A DNA stretch of 64,000 nt from an uncultured SAR86 cluster bacterium (GCA_902614235.1 CACMKG010000001.1:134484-198483), one strand, 5' to 3'; counted from the first letter of the stretch, positions 20,679-31,324 are shown. A program made the numbers and translations. Notes: a model not told the origin generated them from the letters alone.

Positions 20679-21216
20679 AAAAGATAATAACAAGGAAACT
20701 TCTGATGAAGAAATAAATCAATCTTTTGATGAAACCGACGACTTAGAAAAAAAAGAAAAGGATTCTATAGAAGATACTGAAGAAACAGAAAATTCACTAG
20801 AAGATTTAGAAGAAAAAGTTCTTAGAGCTCAAGCCGAAGTTCAAAATGTTAGAAGGACCGCCCAAAATGAAGTTTTAAAAGCTCGTTTGTATGGTTCCGA
20901 ATCCCTTGTTAAGGATATTCTTCCATCGATTGATAATCTTTTTAGAACTTTGGAGCACCAAGACGAAAAAACTAAAAGCGTTCCATCAGAAGGAATAGAA
21001 CTCGTAATTAGAGAGATGTTGGGAGCTTTAGAAAAAAACGGCATTTCTGTAGTAGATCCAAAAAATGAAGAGTTTAATCCAGATGAGCATGAAGCTATAT
21101 CGGTAGTAGAAAATAAGGACGTTTCACCTAATACTTGCTTAGAAGTAACCCAAAAAGGATTTAAGTTTAAAGATAGAGTGATAAGGCCAGCAATGGTAAT
21201 AGTCAGCAAAAAGTAA
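20671..21216 (+). CDS. grpE: Nucleotide exchange factor GrpE
   Basis: It has an acidic N-terminus followed by RAQAEVQNVRRTAQNE...LPSIDNL... and a C-terminus PAMVIVSK. The start could be 20650 or 20671; either overlaps the fur 3' end. Confidence 0.9.
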   Translation: MSKKDNNKETSDEEINQSFDETDDLEKKEKDSIEDTEETENSLEDLEEKVLRAQAEVQNVRRTAQNEVLKARLYGSESLVKDILPSIDNLFRTLEHQDEKTKSVPSEGIELVIREMLGALEKNGISVVDPKNEEFNPDEHEAISVVENKDVSPNTCLEVTQKGFKFKDRVIRPAMVIVSKK

Positions 21217-21223
21217 AATTTAT

Positions 21224-21252
21224 CCTTGAAAAAAATATATTAGCCCTCAATA
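21224..21252 (+). promoter_or_regulatory. Candidate sigma-32 heat-shock promoter of dnaK
   Basis: CCTTGAA (21224-21230), 13 nt, then CCCTCAATA (21244-21252), lying 31 nt upstream of the dnaK ATG. Compared with the consensus CCCTTGAA-N13-15-CCCCATNTA, the -35 is strong and the -10 only partial. Confidence 0.4.
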
Positions 21253-21283
21253 AGTGTTTGTAAGAATATTTATGGAGATATAA

Positions 21284-23212
21284 ATGGCTAAAATTATAGG
21301 TATTGATTTAGGAACCACGAATTCATGTGTTTCTATTATGGAAGGTGACAGTGCTAAAGTCATAGAAAACGCCGAAGGTGAGAGAACCACACCCTCCGTT
21401 GTAGCGTATACAGATGGCGAAACACTAGTTGGTTCAAGCGCTAAAAGGCAATCTGTTACAAATCCAGAAAATACGCTATACGCCATTAAAAGACTTATTG
21501 GCAGGAAGTTTTCTGATGAAGTTGTTACAAAAGATAAAGAAATGACTCCTTTTGAAATTATCAAGGCTGACAATGGCGATGCATGGGTTAAAGCTAATGG
21601 TGAGAGTTTAGCTCCTCAACAGGTTTCTGCTCAAATTTTAACGAAAATGAAAAAATCTGCTGAAGACTACTTAGGTCATGAGGTAAAAGAAGCGGTAGTA
21701 ACTGTTCCAGCTTACTTTAATGATTCCCAAAGACAGGCTACCAAAGATGCAGGAAAAATAGCCGGTTTAGAAGTTAAAAGAATAATAAATGAGCCTACAG
21801 CAGCAGCATTAGCCTTTGGTTTAGATAAAAAAACTGGTGATCAAAAAATTGCTGTTTTCGATTTGGGTGGAGGAACATTTGATATTTCTATCATAGAACT
21901 AGCTGAAATAGACGGTGAAAAACAATTTGAAGTTTTGTCTACCAATGGCGACACGTTCCTTGGTGGAGAAGATTTTGATCTTGCGTTGATAGATCATCTC
22001 GTTGATGAATTTAAAAAAGAGCAAAATTTTGATTTGAAATCGGATCCGGCCGCACTACAAAGACTTAAGGAAGCAGCGGAAAAAGCCAAGATTGAACTTT
22101 CTTCTAATCAACAAACTGAGATCAACCTTCCATATATTACTGCTGACTCATCTGGTCCTAAACACCTTCTAATTAAATTAACTAGATCTAAACTTGAGGC
22201 GCTCGTAGAACCGTTAGTTGCTAGAAGTTTAAAGCCAGTTGAGATTGCACTAAAGGATGCAAAGCTAAAAACCTCTGATATAAATGACGTAATTTTGGTA
22301 GGAGGACAAACAAGAATGCCTATGGTCCAAGAAAAAGTTAAAGAATTTTTTGGAAAAGAGCCAAGAAAAGATATTAACCCAGATGAGGCCGTTGCTGTAG
22401 GAGCTGCCGTTCAGGGAGCTGTTCTATCCGGAGACGTAACAGATATTCTTCTTTTAGATGTTACACCTCTTACTTTGGGAATAGAAACCATGGGTGGAGT
22501 TATGACTCCTGTAATAGAAAAAAATACAACTATTCCAACCAATAAATCTCAAATTTTTTCAACTGCAGAGGATAATCAGACTGCTGTAACCGTAAACGTT
22601 GTCCAAGGTGAGAGAAAGCAAGCAAAAGAAAATAAGCAGTTAGGCCTATTTAACTTAGATGGGATTCCAGCTGCTCCAAGAGGTATGCCTCAAATTGAGG
22701 TATCCTTTGACATAGATGCTAATGGAATCTTAAATGTTTCAGCTAAAGACAAAGCAACCGATAAAGAACAATCTATTACTATTCAAGCTTCAGGTGGTTT
22801 ATCTGAAGAAGAAATAGAAAAAATGGTTACTGAAGCAGAAGCAAATGCCGAAGAAGATAAAATTTTCGAAGAAATGGTGCAGGCAAGAAATTCTGCAGAC
22901 ACTTTAATTCACAGCTGCAAAAAAACTTTAGAAGAATCAGCTGATAAAGTTGAAGAAAACGAAAAAACTCAAATTGAAGAAGCTATTACTTCTCTTGAAG
23001 AAGCAATGAAAGGTGAAGACAAACAAGAAATTGAGGATAAAACCAAAGCGCTAGCTGAGGCTTCATCTTCTCTAGCTCAGAGACTTTACGCAGAGCAACA
23101 ACAAAACGCTTCAACTGATCAAGAAGGTCAGGAATCTGAATCTGCTGATGATTCCGCGGTCGATGCTGATTTTGAAGAAGTTAAAGAAGAAGCCAAAGAA
23201 CAAGAAAAATAG
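21284..23212 (+). CDS. dnaK: Chaperone DnaK (Hsp70)
   Basis: It contains [21 protein letters not shown] and the rest of the Hsp70 pattern, 642 aa in all. GGAGA lies 6 nt upstream of the ATG. Confidence 0.98.
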   Translation: MAKIIGIDLGTTNSCVSIMEGDSAKVIENAEGERTTPSVVAYTDGETLVGSSAKRQSVTNPENTLYAIKRLIGRKFSDEVVTKDKEMTPFEIIKADNGDAWVKANGESLAPQQVSAQILTKMKKSAEDYLGHEVKEAVVTVPAYFNDSQRQATKDAGKIAGLEVKRIINEPTAAALAFGLDKKTGDQKIAVFDLGGGTFDISIIELAEIDGEKQFEVLSTNGDTFLGGEDFDLALIDHLVDEFKKEQNFDLKSDPAALQRLKEAAEKAKIELSSNQQTEINLPYITADSSGPKHLLIKLTRSKLEALVEPLVARSLKPVEIALKDAKLKTSDINDVILVGGQTRMPMVQEKVKEFFGKEPRKDINPDEAVAVGAAVQGAVLSGDVTDILLLDVTPLTLGIETMGGVMTPVIEKNTTIPTNKSQIFSTAEDNQTAVTVNVVQGERKQAKENKQLGLFNLDGIPAAPRGMPQIEVSFDIDANGILNVSAKDKATDKEQSITIQASGGLSEEEIEKMVTEAEANAEEDKIFEEMVQARNSADTLIHSCKKTLEESADKVEENEKTQIEEAITSLEEAMKGEDKQEIEDKTKALAEASSSLAQRLYAEQQQNASTDQEGQESESADDSAVDADFEEVKEEAKEQEK

Positions 23213-23239
23213 TTATTATATTTTTGATTAAGCATCAAA

Positions 23240-24316
23240 ATGAGTAAAAGAGATTACTATGAGGTGCTAGGTGTCAACAAAAGCACGTCTAAAGACGAAC
23301 TAAAAAAAGCTTACCGTAAATTAGCTATGAAATATCATCCGGATAGAAATCCTGATGATCAAGCGGCTTCCGAAAAGTTTAAAGAACTATCAGAAGCTTA
23401 CGAAATTCTTTCAGATGATCAAAAACGACAAGCTTACGACCAATTCGGACATGATGGAGTAAATCCATCTTTTTCAAATGCGCAAGGAGCAGCGGAAGGA
23501 TTTAGTGATATATTTGGAGATATCTTTTCCGATATTTTTGGTGGTTCTACAAGAACAAGAAGCAGGTCTCAGAGAGGTGCTGATTTAAGTTATAGCGTTG
23601 AAGTCTCTCTTGAAGACGCCGTTAAAGGTACAAGTATTAACCTTGATATTCCCTCGAGCGAGAGATGTTCAGGAACTTGGCATCAGTGTAGCCACTGTAA
23701 TGGCACTGGAGTAGTAAGAATGCAACAAGGTTTTTTTTCAATGCAACAGACTTGTCCTCACTGCAGAGGTGAAGGTGAAATACATGATCCTAATTGTTCT
23801 ATCTGTGGCGGTGCAGGCTTTATTAAAAAAAACAAAACTCTTTCAGTAAAAATTCCAGAAGGCGTCGATACTGGAGATAGAATAAGATTATCTGGTGAAG
23901 GCGATTCTGGTAAACACGGAAATGGAGATCTTTATATACAAGTAGATGTCCAAAGGCACAAAATCTTTGAAAGAGATGGAAAGCATTTATATTGCGAGGT
24001 TCCGATAAACTATGTTGATGCAGTCCTTGGCGGAGATATTGAAGTCCCAACGCTTGATGGCAAAGTCAAAATTAAAATTCCTGAAGGAACACAGAGCCAC
24101 AAATTATTTAGATTAAATGGAAAAGGGATCAAGCCTTTAAGAGGTGGATCAAAAGGGGATATACTTGTAAGAGTATTAGTTGAGATACCCGTTAAATTGA
24201 ACAAAGAGCAAGCAGCGTTACTCAGAAAGTTTAAGGAATCTATTAGCGGTTCCGAAAATACGCCTATGAAAAATACTTGGTTAAAAAGCGCTAAAGAATT
24301 TTTAAAGGGTTTTTAA
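23240..24316 (+). CDS. dnaJ: Co-chaperone DnaJ
   Basis: It has the J domain (YHPDRNP), a G/F region and a Cys-rich zinc domain. See the findings for the degenerate first repeat. Confidence 0.95.
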   Translation: MSKRDYYEVLGVNKSTSKDELKKAYRKLAMKYHPDRNPDDQAASEKFKELSEAYEILSDDQKRQAYDQFGHDGVNPSFSNAQGAAEGFSDIFGDIFSDIFGGSTRTRSRSQRGADLSYSVEVSLEDAVKGTSINLDIPSSERCSGTWHQCSHCNGTGVVRMQQGFFSMQQTCPHCRGEGEIHDPNCSICGGAGFIKKNKTLSVKIPEGVDTGDRIRLSGEGDSGKHGNGDLYIQVDVQRHKIFERDGKHLYCEVPINYVDAVLGGDIEVPTLDGKVKIKIPEGTQSHKLFRLNGKGIKPLRGGSKGDILVRVLVEIPVKLNKEQAALLRKFKESISGSENTPMKNTWLKSAKEFLKGF

Positions 24317-25056
24317 TGTCAATCTCTCTTTTTATTTCAGGGGTTACAGGAAAATTAGGAAAAGTTATTGCTGAAGAGTTAGAAAATACAGAAAGTGTTT
24401 TTCTGGCTGGGGGTCATGCCTCAGCTAGCAACAAAAATTTAGGAAAGCCTTTAAATTCGATTTTGAATATTGAATGCAAAGAAAACTTAATTTCAGATTT
24501 CAATAATATTGATTACAAAATTGATGCAGTTTTGGATGTGTCTTCAATAGATAATTTTCAACATCTCACCGAATTTTGCTTAAAAAAAGAATTACCTTTT
24601 ATATTGGCTAGCACAGGTCATAGCGAAGATCAGCTATCTTCTTTGAAGAAATATAGTGAAGATTTACCAATCCTAATTGCTCCAAATTTGAGTTTAGGTG
24701 TAAATCTTCTAAAAAAATCTTTATTACCTTTAAAAAATAACGAATCTATTAGCAAAATAGAAATTACTGAAACTCATCATAAAGAAAAAAAAGATTCCCC
24801 TTCAGGAACAGCAAAAGATTTGGCTGAATTTATTGATAAAAATTTGCATTTAAAAGTTAAAACTATTGTTAAATCTATTAGAGACGAATCGTCAGTAGGT
24901 ATCCATGAAGTAAAGATATCTTTAGATGATGACGAGTTAACAATTACTCATAATGCTTTTGATAGGAAAATCTTTGCAAAAGGCGCAATAAAAGCAATTG
25001 AGTGGATTGTTGCGCAAAAGCCAGGGCTTTATTCTATGCAAGAAATATCTTTTTAA
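24316..25056 (+). CDS. dapB: 4-hydroxy-tetrahydrodipicolinate reductase
   Basis: It has the N-terminal GVTGKLGK motif and the DapB signature ETHHKEKKDSPSGTA. It follows dnaJ, as in Pseudomonas. Confidence 0.85.
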   Translation: MSISLFISGVTGKLGKVIAEELENTESVFLAGGHASASNKNLGKPLNSILNIECKENLISDFNNIDYKIDAVLDVSSIDNFQHLTEFCLKKELPFILASTGHSEDQLSSLKKYSEDLPILIAPNLSLGVNLLKKSLLPLKNNESISKIEITETHHKEKKDSPSGTAKDLAEFIDKNLHLKVKTIVKSIRDESSVGIHEVKISLDDDELTITHNAFDRKIFAKGAIKAIEWIVAQKPGLYSMQEISF

Positions 25057-25229
25057 GGCTTTGGAGTAAATTAATTTTTATGGTTTAATTCCTCTCAATT
25101 CACTTTTTAGTGAATGAAACACACTCGTAAAGATTGAGTATTCGGGTGCTTCTTTTGCTCAAAAGTTGTTGAATACTTAGCTTCGAGGAGGATTAACCCA
25201 GCCGCATGGCTAAAAAAGGAGCAACAAAC
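25057..25229 (+). promoter_or_regulatory. Structured rpsB 5' leader / promoter region (candidate S2 autoregulatory leader)
   Basis: This 173-nt spacer is unusually long for this genome. It holds nested helices: GAGTATTC (25136-25143) pairs with GAATACTT (25171-25178), enclosing CTTTT-gctc-AAAAG (25152-25165). A further hairpin ATTCACT-tttt-AGTGAAT sits at 25098-25115. AGGAG lies 8 nt before the ATG. Confidence 0.35.
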
Positions 25230-26078
25230 ATGGATATTTCCATAGAACAAATGCTGAAAGCAGGAGTGCATTTCGGCCACCAAACTAGATTTTGGAATCC
25301 CAAAATGGATCCTTTCATTTTCGGTAATAGAAATAAAGTTCACATAATAGATTTAGAAAAGACTCTTGAGCATCTGAAACCCTCTACTGAATTCTGCAAA
25401 CAATTAGCCGCTTCAAATAATAGAATTTTATTTGTAGGTACAAAAAGAGCTGCCAGTAAAGTAATAAAATCAGAAGCTGAAAGATGCGATATGCCATATG
25501 TTAATTACAGATGGTTAGGCGGGATGTTAACAAATTATAAAACTGTCAGAGCCTCAATCAGGCGACTGGAAATTTTAAAAACGCAAGAAGAAGAAGGAAA
25601 GTTTAACGACTTAACCAAAAAAGAAGTTCTTGGAATTAGGCGAGAGATGGAAAAATTAGAAAGATCGATAGGTGGTATAAAAAACATGGGAGGTCTTCCT
25701 GAGGCCTTATTCATAATTGATGTCAACAATGAAAAAATTGCAGTTGCTGAGGCTAGGAAAATGGGTATTCCCATTATAGGTTTAGTAGATACCAATTCGG
25801 ATCCAGATAGCGTTGATTATGTCATTCCAGGAAATGACGATGCTATTCGTTCTATTTCTTTAATCGCAAGAATAATTTCAAATGCTTGCTTAGATGGGGC
25901 TTCAAGAGCTTCTGGCCTAGGGTCTAAAAAGGATGGGCCTGTTATATTAAGAAAAAGTGAAATCGAGGAATCAAATGATCCATCTACGGAAGGTGAAAAT
26001 GAGGAAGCTATAACTGAACCTTCTACAGAAAAAGAAGCTAAAGATGATGATTTGCTAGTAGATTCCGAAGAGAAATAA
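25230..26078 (+). CDS. rpsB: 30S ribosomal protein S2 (with acidic C-terminal extension)
   Basis: [19 protein letters not shown] matches S2. I chose the start at the SD-preceded Met at 25230 rather than the ORF-track 25206. Confidence 0.95.
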   Translation: MDISIEQMLKAGVHFGHQTRFWNPKMDPFIFGNRNKVHIIDLEKTLEHLKPSTEFCKQLAASNNRILFVGTKRAASKVIKSEAERCDMPYVNYRWLGGMLTNYKTVRASIRRLEILKTQEEEGKFNDLTKKEVLGIRREMEKLERSIGGIKNMGGLPEALFIIDVNNEKIAVAEARKMGIPIIGLVDTNSDPDSVDYVIPGNDDAIRSISLIARIISNACLDGASRASGLGSKKDGPVILRKSEIEESNDPSTEGENEEAITEPSTEKEAKDDDLLVDSEEK

Positions 26079-26088
26079 GAGGAAAAAA

Positions 26089-26943
26089 ATGAATATAAGC
26101 GCTAAGGATGTTAAAGACTTAAGAGAAAAAACAGGATTAGGGATGATGGAATGCAAAAAAGCATTAGAAGAGGCTGGAGGAGATTCTGACCAAGCTATTA
26201 CAAATTTAAGAAAGAACAGCGCCTTGAAAGCAGAAAAGAAATCATCAAGAACTGCTGTTGAGGGAGTCATTCTGTCCGATACTACTGATTCAAGCAATTC
26301 TATTTTGATTGAAATTAATTGTGAGACTGATTTTGTAGCTAAAGACGCTAACTTCTTAGCTTTTACAGAAGAGGTATTAGGAACATGTCTTAACTCGCCT
26401 GATGCTAGTTTAGAAAAATTACTATCAGATTCTTTAGAAGAGAAAAGGCAAAATCTTGTTCAAAAAATTGGCGAAAATATTGTTATAAGAAGAAAATTTA
26501 ATGTTTCATCTCCCTTTGTATACTCCTATATACATGGAAATAAAAAAATTGGAGTTCTTGTATCTCTTGAACAAGAAAATGAAGAGCTTGGAAAAGATTT
26601 AGCCATGCATGTGGCAGCATCTAATCCGTTAGCTATTAGCCCAGAAGAAATATCAGAAGAAATAATTAATAAAGAAAAGGAAATAATCGAGGCTCAGGTT
26701 TCTGATACCGACAAGCCTCAAGAAATTATCGAAAAAATGACTTCAGGAAGACTAAAAAAATTCCTATCAGAAGTAAGCTTAATTGATCAGCCATTTGTAA
26801 AAGATCCTTCACTCAATGTAAGTCAACTCTTAAAAAATAATGATAATTCTGTCTTGTCTTTTATAAGATACGAAGTAGGAGAAGGAATAGAAGTTGAGAA
26901 AAAAGATTTTGCTGAAGAAGTTCAGGCCCAGCTAGGAAATTAA
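26089..26943 (+). CDS. tsf: Elongation factor Ts
   Basis: It has the UBA-like N-terminus AKDVKDLREKTGLGMMECKKALEEAGGD and follows rpsB. Confidence 0.96.
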   Translation: MNISAKDVKDLREKTGLGMMECKKALEEAGGDSDQAITNLRKNSALKAEKKSSRTAVEGVILSDTTDSSNSILIEINCETDFVAKDANFLAFTEEVLGTCLNSPDASLEKLLSDSLEEKRQNLVQKIGENIVIRRKFNVSSPFVYSYIHGNKKIGVLVSLEQENEELGKDLAMHVAASNPLAISPEEISEEIINKEKEIIEAQVSDTDKPQEIIEKMTSGRLKKFLSEVSLIDQPFVKDPSLNVSQLLKNNDNSVLSFIRYEVGEGIEVEKKDFAEEVQAQLGN

Positions 26944-26952
26944 CTTAAAGAA

Positions 26953-27510
26953 ATGATTATTGAAACAGAAGCTGAGGCTAAGGAGGGTATGGCAAAAACT
27001 ATATCTGCTTTAGAGGTCACATTTCAAAGGATCAGGACTGGCCGAGCAAATTCTTCTTTGTTGGATTCAATTGAAGTTGACTATTACGGGAATCCGACCC
27101 CATTGAAACAAGTTTGCAATATAGCTGTTGAGAATGCCAAAACCTTGTCTATATCTCCTTGGGAGAAAGATATGGTTATACCTATTGAAAAAGCAATTCA
27201 ATCTTCTGATATAGGAGTGCAGCCTATAACCTCGGGCGAAGTAATTAGAGTAATACTACCTGACTTAACAGAAGAAACTAGAAGGGAACTAATTAAAGTT
27301 GCAAAATCTGAAGCCGAAAATTCTAAAGTTTCTATTAGAAATCAAAGAAGAGATGCTAATGGTATGTTAAAAGAATATTTAAATGAAAAAGAGATATCAG
27401 AAGATGACTTAAAAAAAGGAGAAGAACTTATTCAGAGAGCAACTGATGAATTCATTAAAAAGGTTGACACTCTTTTAGAAGAAAAAGAAAAGGATCTCCT
27501 TGATTTTTAG
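26953..27510 (+). CDS. frr: Ribosome recycling factor
   Basis: FQRIRTGRANSSLLDSIEVDYYG and the RNQRRDAN motif are present. Confidence 0.95.
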   Translation: MIIETEAEAKEGMAKTISALEVTFQRIRTGRANSSLLDSIEVDYYGNPTPLKQVCNIAVENAKTLSISPWEKDMVIPIEKAIQSSDIGVQPITSGEVIRVILPDLTEETRRELIKVAKSEAENSKVSIRNQRRDANGMLKEYLNEKEISEDDLKKGEELIQRATDEFIKKVDTLLEEKEKDLLDF

Positions 27511-27517
27511 ATAAGTC

Positions 27518-28231
27518 ATGAAAAAGCTTCCAAATCATGTAGCCATAATAATGGATGGAAACACGAGATGGGCAGAAAATAAGAACTTAGATAAAAATGA
27601 TGGTCACAAAGAAGGAGTAAAAAAAGCTCGGCTTGCAGTTGAATTTTTTCTAGAAAATAAAATAAAAAACTTAACTCTTTTTGCCTTTAGTACTGAAAAT
27701 TGGGGCAGACAAAAAAAAGAGGTAAAGGCTCTCTTAAAACTTTTTCTGGAGGCCATTAACGAGCAGACTCCTGATTTAATCAAAAATAAAGTCAAATTAA
27801 ATTTTATTGGCGATATTTCTCGATTCGACAAAGTTCTTATTAATAAAATAAAAAGCTCACAAATAAAAACAAGCGAATACGATTCAAAGATGAGCTTGAA
27901 TATTGCTATAAGCTATGGGGGAAGATGGGATATTGAACAAGCATTAAAGTCTATTGTAAAAGATATTTCGAAAAGAAAAATCAAAATCAAAAATATAGAC
28001 GAAAGTTTAATAACTGATTACTTATCAACTTCATTGATCCCTGATCCAGACTTAATTATTAGGTCTGCTGGGGAACAAAGAATAAGTAATTTCTTTCTTT
28101 GGCAAGCAGCATACTCTGAAATTTATTTTTTAAAAAAATTATGGCCTGACTTTAACGAAGGGGATTTTGAAAAAGCTCTAGATGAGTATGCGCTAAGAAA
28201 AAGGAAATTTGGAGTCAAAACAGGAAATTAA
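27518..28231 (+). CDS. uppS: Undecaprenyl-diphosphate synthase
   Basis: HVAIIMDGNTRWA and RSAGEQRISNFFLWQAAYSE are the cis-prenyltransferase signatures. Confidence 0.95.
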   Translation: MKKLPNHVAIIMDGNTRWAENKNLDKNDGHKEGVKKARLAVEFFLENKIKNLTLFAFSTENWGRQKKEVKALLKLFLEAINEQTPDLIKNKVKLNFIGDISRFDKVLINKIKSSQIKTSEYDSKMSLNIAISYGGRWDIEQALKSIVKDISKRKIKIKNIDESLITDYLSTSLIPDPDLIIRSAGEQRISNFFLWQAAYSEIYFLKKLWPDFNEGDFEKALDEYALRKRKFGVKTGN

Positions 28232-28870
28232 ATGTATACACGAGAAATTACTGCATCAATAATTTTAATATTTTTATTATCAATAATTTTTTTGGCTCCA
28301 GCCTTGATTTTTAAAACAACTATCTTCTTAATTTTTGGGTTAGCCCTATATGAACTATTTTTTCTAATAAAAAAACCTTACTGGGCTTCTATGGCATTTT
28401 TAATTTTTCTTATTATTTTTCTTCTTTTCGCAAATATTTTTGAAGAAAATAGAATGTTATTTTTATTTGCAATTATGATATCGGCTTTAAATGATTCTGT
28501 AGCTTACTATATTGGAAGAAAATATGGTTATAAAAAAATTTTTCCACTCACAAGTCCAAAAAAAACGTTGGAAGGTATGATGGGCGGCATACTCATTTCA
28601 AGCTCCACTTTATATTTAGTTGCATATTTTCAAATTATAAAGTTTGATTTAAATTTTTCTTTCATCACCGGAAGCATTTTTTATCTTATTTTAATAGTGT
28701 GTTCATCAATGGCAGTGCTTGGAGATTTTATTGAAAGTAGGATAAAAAGGATTGCAAATGTTAAAGATTCAGGTTCACTTTTACCGGGTCACGGAGGATT
28801 CTTAGACAGAATTGATAGTCATATTTTTGTATTGCCATTATTTTTTATACTGCTAGGAGTCATCAATTGA
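28232..28870 (+). CDS. cdsA: Phosphatidate cytidylyltransferase (short form, 212 aa)
   Basis: It has the C-terminal signature SRIKRIANVKDSGSLLPGHGGFLDRIDS, is polytopic, and sits in the uppS-cdsA-dxr order. Confidence 0.88.
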   Translation: MYTREITASIILIFLLSIIFLAPALIFKTTIFLIFGLALYELFFLIKKPYWASMAFLIFLIIFLLFANIFEENRMLFLFAIMISALNDSVAYYIGRKYGYKKIFPLTSPKKTLEGMMGGILISSSTLYLVAYFQIIKFDLNFSFITGSIFYLILIVCSSMAVLGDFIESRIKRIANVKDSGSLLPGHGGFLDRIDSHIFVLPLFFILLGVIN

Positions 28871-29997
28871 AAAAAGTGCTTATTCTAGGATCTACTGGTT
28901 CTATTGGTCAGTCGACTCTCGAGGTTATCAAAGCTAATAATAAAGATTTTTTAATATCCGGTTTGGTGGCGAAATCAAATAAAAAATTGCTCTTAGAACA
29001 AGCAAATAAATTCAATGTTAAGAAAATTTGTCTGATAAATAATGATTCGAAAAATGATATTTTTGTTTCCGAATCTGAAATAGAAGATTTAATCTTTAGC
29101 GATCAAGTAGACATAGTTGTTGCAGCTATATCAGGCATTGCTGGGCTTGAAACTATTTTGAGTTCTATAAAAGCTGGAAAAAGGATTTTAATCGCCAACA
29201 AGGAACCTTTGGTGGCTGCAGGTCAAATTTTAATGAAGGAAGCAAAAAAATCTAATTCAGAAATAATACCTATTGATTCTGAGCATTGTGCTATCCATCA
29301 ATGCCTTAAGAATATAGAAAGAGAGGATCTAAATAGAATAATAATTACTTGCTCCGGTGGACCATTTCTAGGTAAAAAAATTACGAATTTTAACAAGGTC
29401 TCATTAGAAGACGCACTCAATCATCCTGTGTGGAAGATGGGAACTAAAAATCTTATCGATTCAGCAAGTCTAATGAATAAAGCTTTAGAAATAATTGAAG
29501 CCAAGTGGCTGTTTGATCTTAAAAGTGAGCAAATAGATGTAATAATTCATCCGCAAAGCATAATTCACTCAATGGTTGAAACTAAAGACAATTCTATTCT
29601 TTCAGTAATGTCAGAACCTGATATGAAAATTTGTATAGCATATGGTCTTGGATTTCCGAGAAAAATAAAAAGTTTATCTAAACCGCTAAGTTTGATAGAA
29701 AATAATTTATTAGAATTTATAAATATAGATCAAATAGATTTTCCATCTATAAAATTTGCAAGAGATGCTTTAACTTCTGGAGGCTTAATGCCTGCAGTAT
29801 TGAATGCAGCAAATGAAATCGCTGTGGAGAAATTTATCAATAATGAAATTAAGTTTGATTTAATCTTTGATACTATTAAACATGTTATGGAAAAATTTGA
29901 TAAGGAAAATTTTAAAATTGATCCCTCTTTGGAACAAATTTTAGAAGCAAATGAAAAAGCAAGATTACTCTCTTTGAATTATATTAAAAAAATCTGA
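28867..29997 (+). CDS. dxr: 1-deoxy-D-xylulose-5-phosphate reductoisomerase
   Basis: It uses a TTG start. ILGSTGSIGQSTLEV, NKE..V and the HP.W.MG motif are present. Confidence 0.94.
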   Translation: MKKVLILGSTGSIGQSTLEVIKANNKDFLISGLVAKSNKKLLLEQANKFNVKKICLINNDSKNDIFVSESEIEDLIFSDQVDIVVAAISGIAGLETILSSIKAGKRILIANKEPLVAAGQILMKEAKKSNSEIIPIDSEHCAIHQCLKNIEREDLNRIIITCSGGPFLGKKITNFNKVSLEDALNHPVWKMGTKNLIDSASLMNKALEIIEAKWLFDLKSEQIDVIIHPQSIIHSMVETKDNSILSVMSEPDMKICIAYGLGFPRKIKSLSKPLSLIENNLLEFINIDQIDFPSIKFARDALTSGGLMPAVLNAANEIAVEKFINNEIKFDLIFDTIKHVMEKFDKENFKIDPSLEQILEANEKARLLSLNYIKKI

Positions 29998-31322
29998 TGA
30001 ACTTTCTTGTTTATATATTCGGCTTTTTAACTTTGATATTAATTATCACAGCAATTCATGAAGCGGGACATTATTCTATGGCACGGTTTTTTAAGGTTAC
30101 CATTTTAGATTTTTCTATTGGTATGGGTAAATCTTTAAAATCTTGGAAAGATAAAGCTGATACCGAATTTCACTTAAGAATGCTTCCGATTGGCGGATTT
30201 GTAAAAATGAAAGGAGAAGATGAAGGCAAAGATGCTGATGATTCTTTTTCTTCAAAAAAATATTATCAAAAGGTCCTAATCTTGTTAGCTGGTCCTTTAG
30301 CAAATTTTTTCTTAGCAATTATTTTGCTTACTGGATTGAATATCTATGGAAATACTGCTCTATCATCTTTAGTTGGCTATGTTGATGAAGAGAGTTCTTC
30401 TTTTAAAGCCGGATTTAAAAAAGGTGACCTAATTGTAAAAATTGATTCATTTGATGTTTCGACTCGATCTGACGCTCAGATGGCACTTTCTAGAAGACTC
30501 GGTGAAACAGGAGATATAATTTTTCAAGTTAGTTCTTCTAATACGGAAAAGACCATGAAAATTCCAATAAAGAGTTGGCTCCAAGGAGAAGAGCCATCAG
30601 ATCTTTTAAAAAATTTAGGAATCAATGTGCCTATCAAACCTATTATTGGCGAAATTTTGGCTGATAGTCCTGCTGAAATCTCAGGCCTTAAAAAAAATGA
30701 TGAGATTCTTGAAATTAATAATCAAGCGGTCTCCTCATGGTCAGAAATTAAAAGTAAAATAAATAGTAATCTAGGCTTTCCATCCAATTTCAAAATTCTA
30801 CGAGATCAAGAAATTATATTTTTATCAATACTGCCCGAATTTTCTGATGAGAAAAATGAATGGTTAATTGGAATTTCTGCCTCAAATAAGATTTCACCAG
30901 AGGCTTTAGTTTTCCAGAGAGAGGCTCCTTTGTCTGCTCTTAATAAGGCCACTATTCAAACATTTAATGTTGTCATGGATTCTTTTGAATTTCTTTATAA
31001 GATGATCATCGGCTATGTTTCTCCTAAGAATCTTGGAGGCCCAGTAATGATAGGTCAGTTTGCCGGAGAATCCTTAATATACGGGGGATTTTATTCTTTT
31101 CTCTTATTGATAAGTTATGTAAGCATCGGTTTGGGTGTAATAAATCTAGTTCCAATTCCCATTTTAGACGGCGGTCAAATTCTAATTTTAACCATTGAAA
31201 GATTAAAAGGATCTCCTATATCTCCAACAGTTTTAGATTTCACTTACAGATTTGGAATATCAGCTGTTATTCTTCTGATGGTTTTTGCCTTCATTAATGA
31301 TATTTCAAGAATAGGAGCTTAA
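29997..31322 (+). CDS. rseP: Site-2 zinc metalloprotease RseP
   Basis: It has HEAGHY in TM1, PDZ regions and the C-terminal NLVPIPILDGG. Confidence 0.93.
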   Translation: MNFLVYIFGFLTLILIITAIHEAGHYSMARFFKVTILDFSIGMGKSLKSWKDKADTEFHLRMLPIGGFVKMKGEDEGKDADDSFSSKKYYQKVLILLAGPLANFFLAIILLTGLNIYGNTALSSLVGYVDEESSSFKAGFKKGDLIVKIDSFDVSTRSDAQMALSRRLGETGDIIFQVSSSNTEKTMKIPIKSWLQGEEPSDLLKNLGINVPIKPIIGEILADSPAEISGLKKNDEILEINNQAVSSWSEIKSKINSNLGFPSNFKILRDQEIIFLSILPEFSDEKNEWLIGISASNKISPEALVFQREAPLSALNKATIQTFNVVMDSFEFLYKMIIGYVSPKNLGGPVMIGQFAGESLIYGGFYSFLLLISYVSIGLGVINLVPIPILDGGQILILTIERLKGSPISPTVLDFTYRFGISAVILLMVFAFINDISRIGA

Positions 31323-31324
31323 GA

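Noticed and set aside
25098-25115. Hairpin ATTCACT-tttt-AGTGAAT downstream of dapB as a rho-independent terminator
   Set aside because: The stem is AT-only and is followed by GAAACACAC, with no U-tract. I kept it only as part of the rpsB leader description.
25173-25180. The 8-mer ATACTTAG is shared by the two junction spacers of the 33.7-kb block (25173-25180 and 58797-58804), which could be a recombination scar.
   Set aside because: A single 8-mer match between two AT-rich spacers of about 150 nt is expected by chance at appreciable frequency, and no longer flanking similarity is present.
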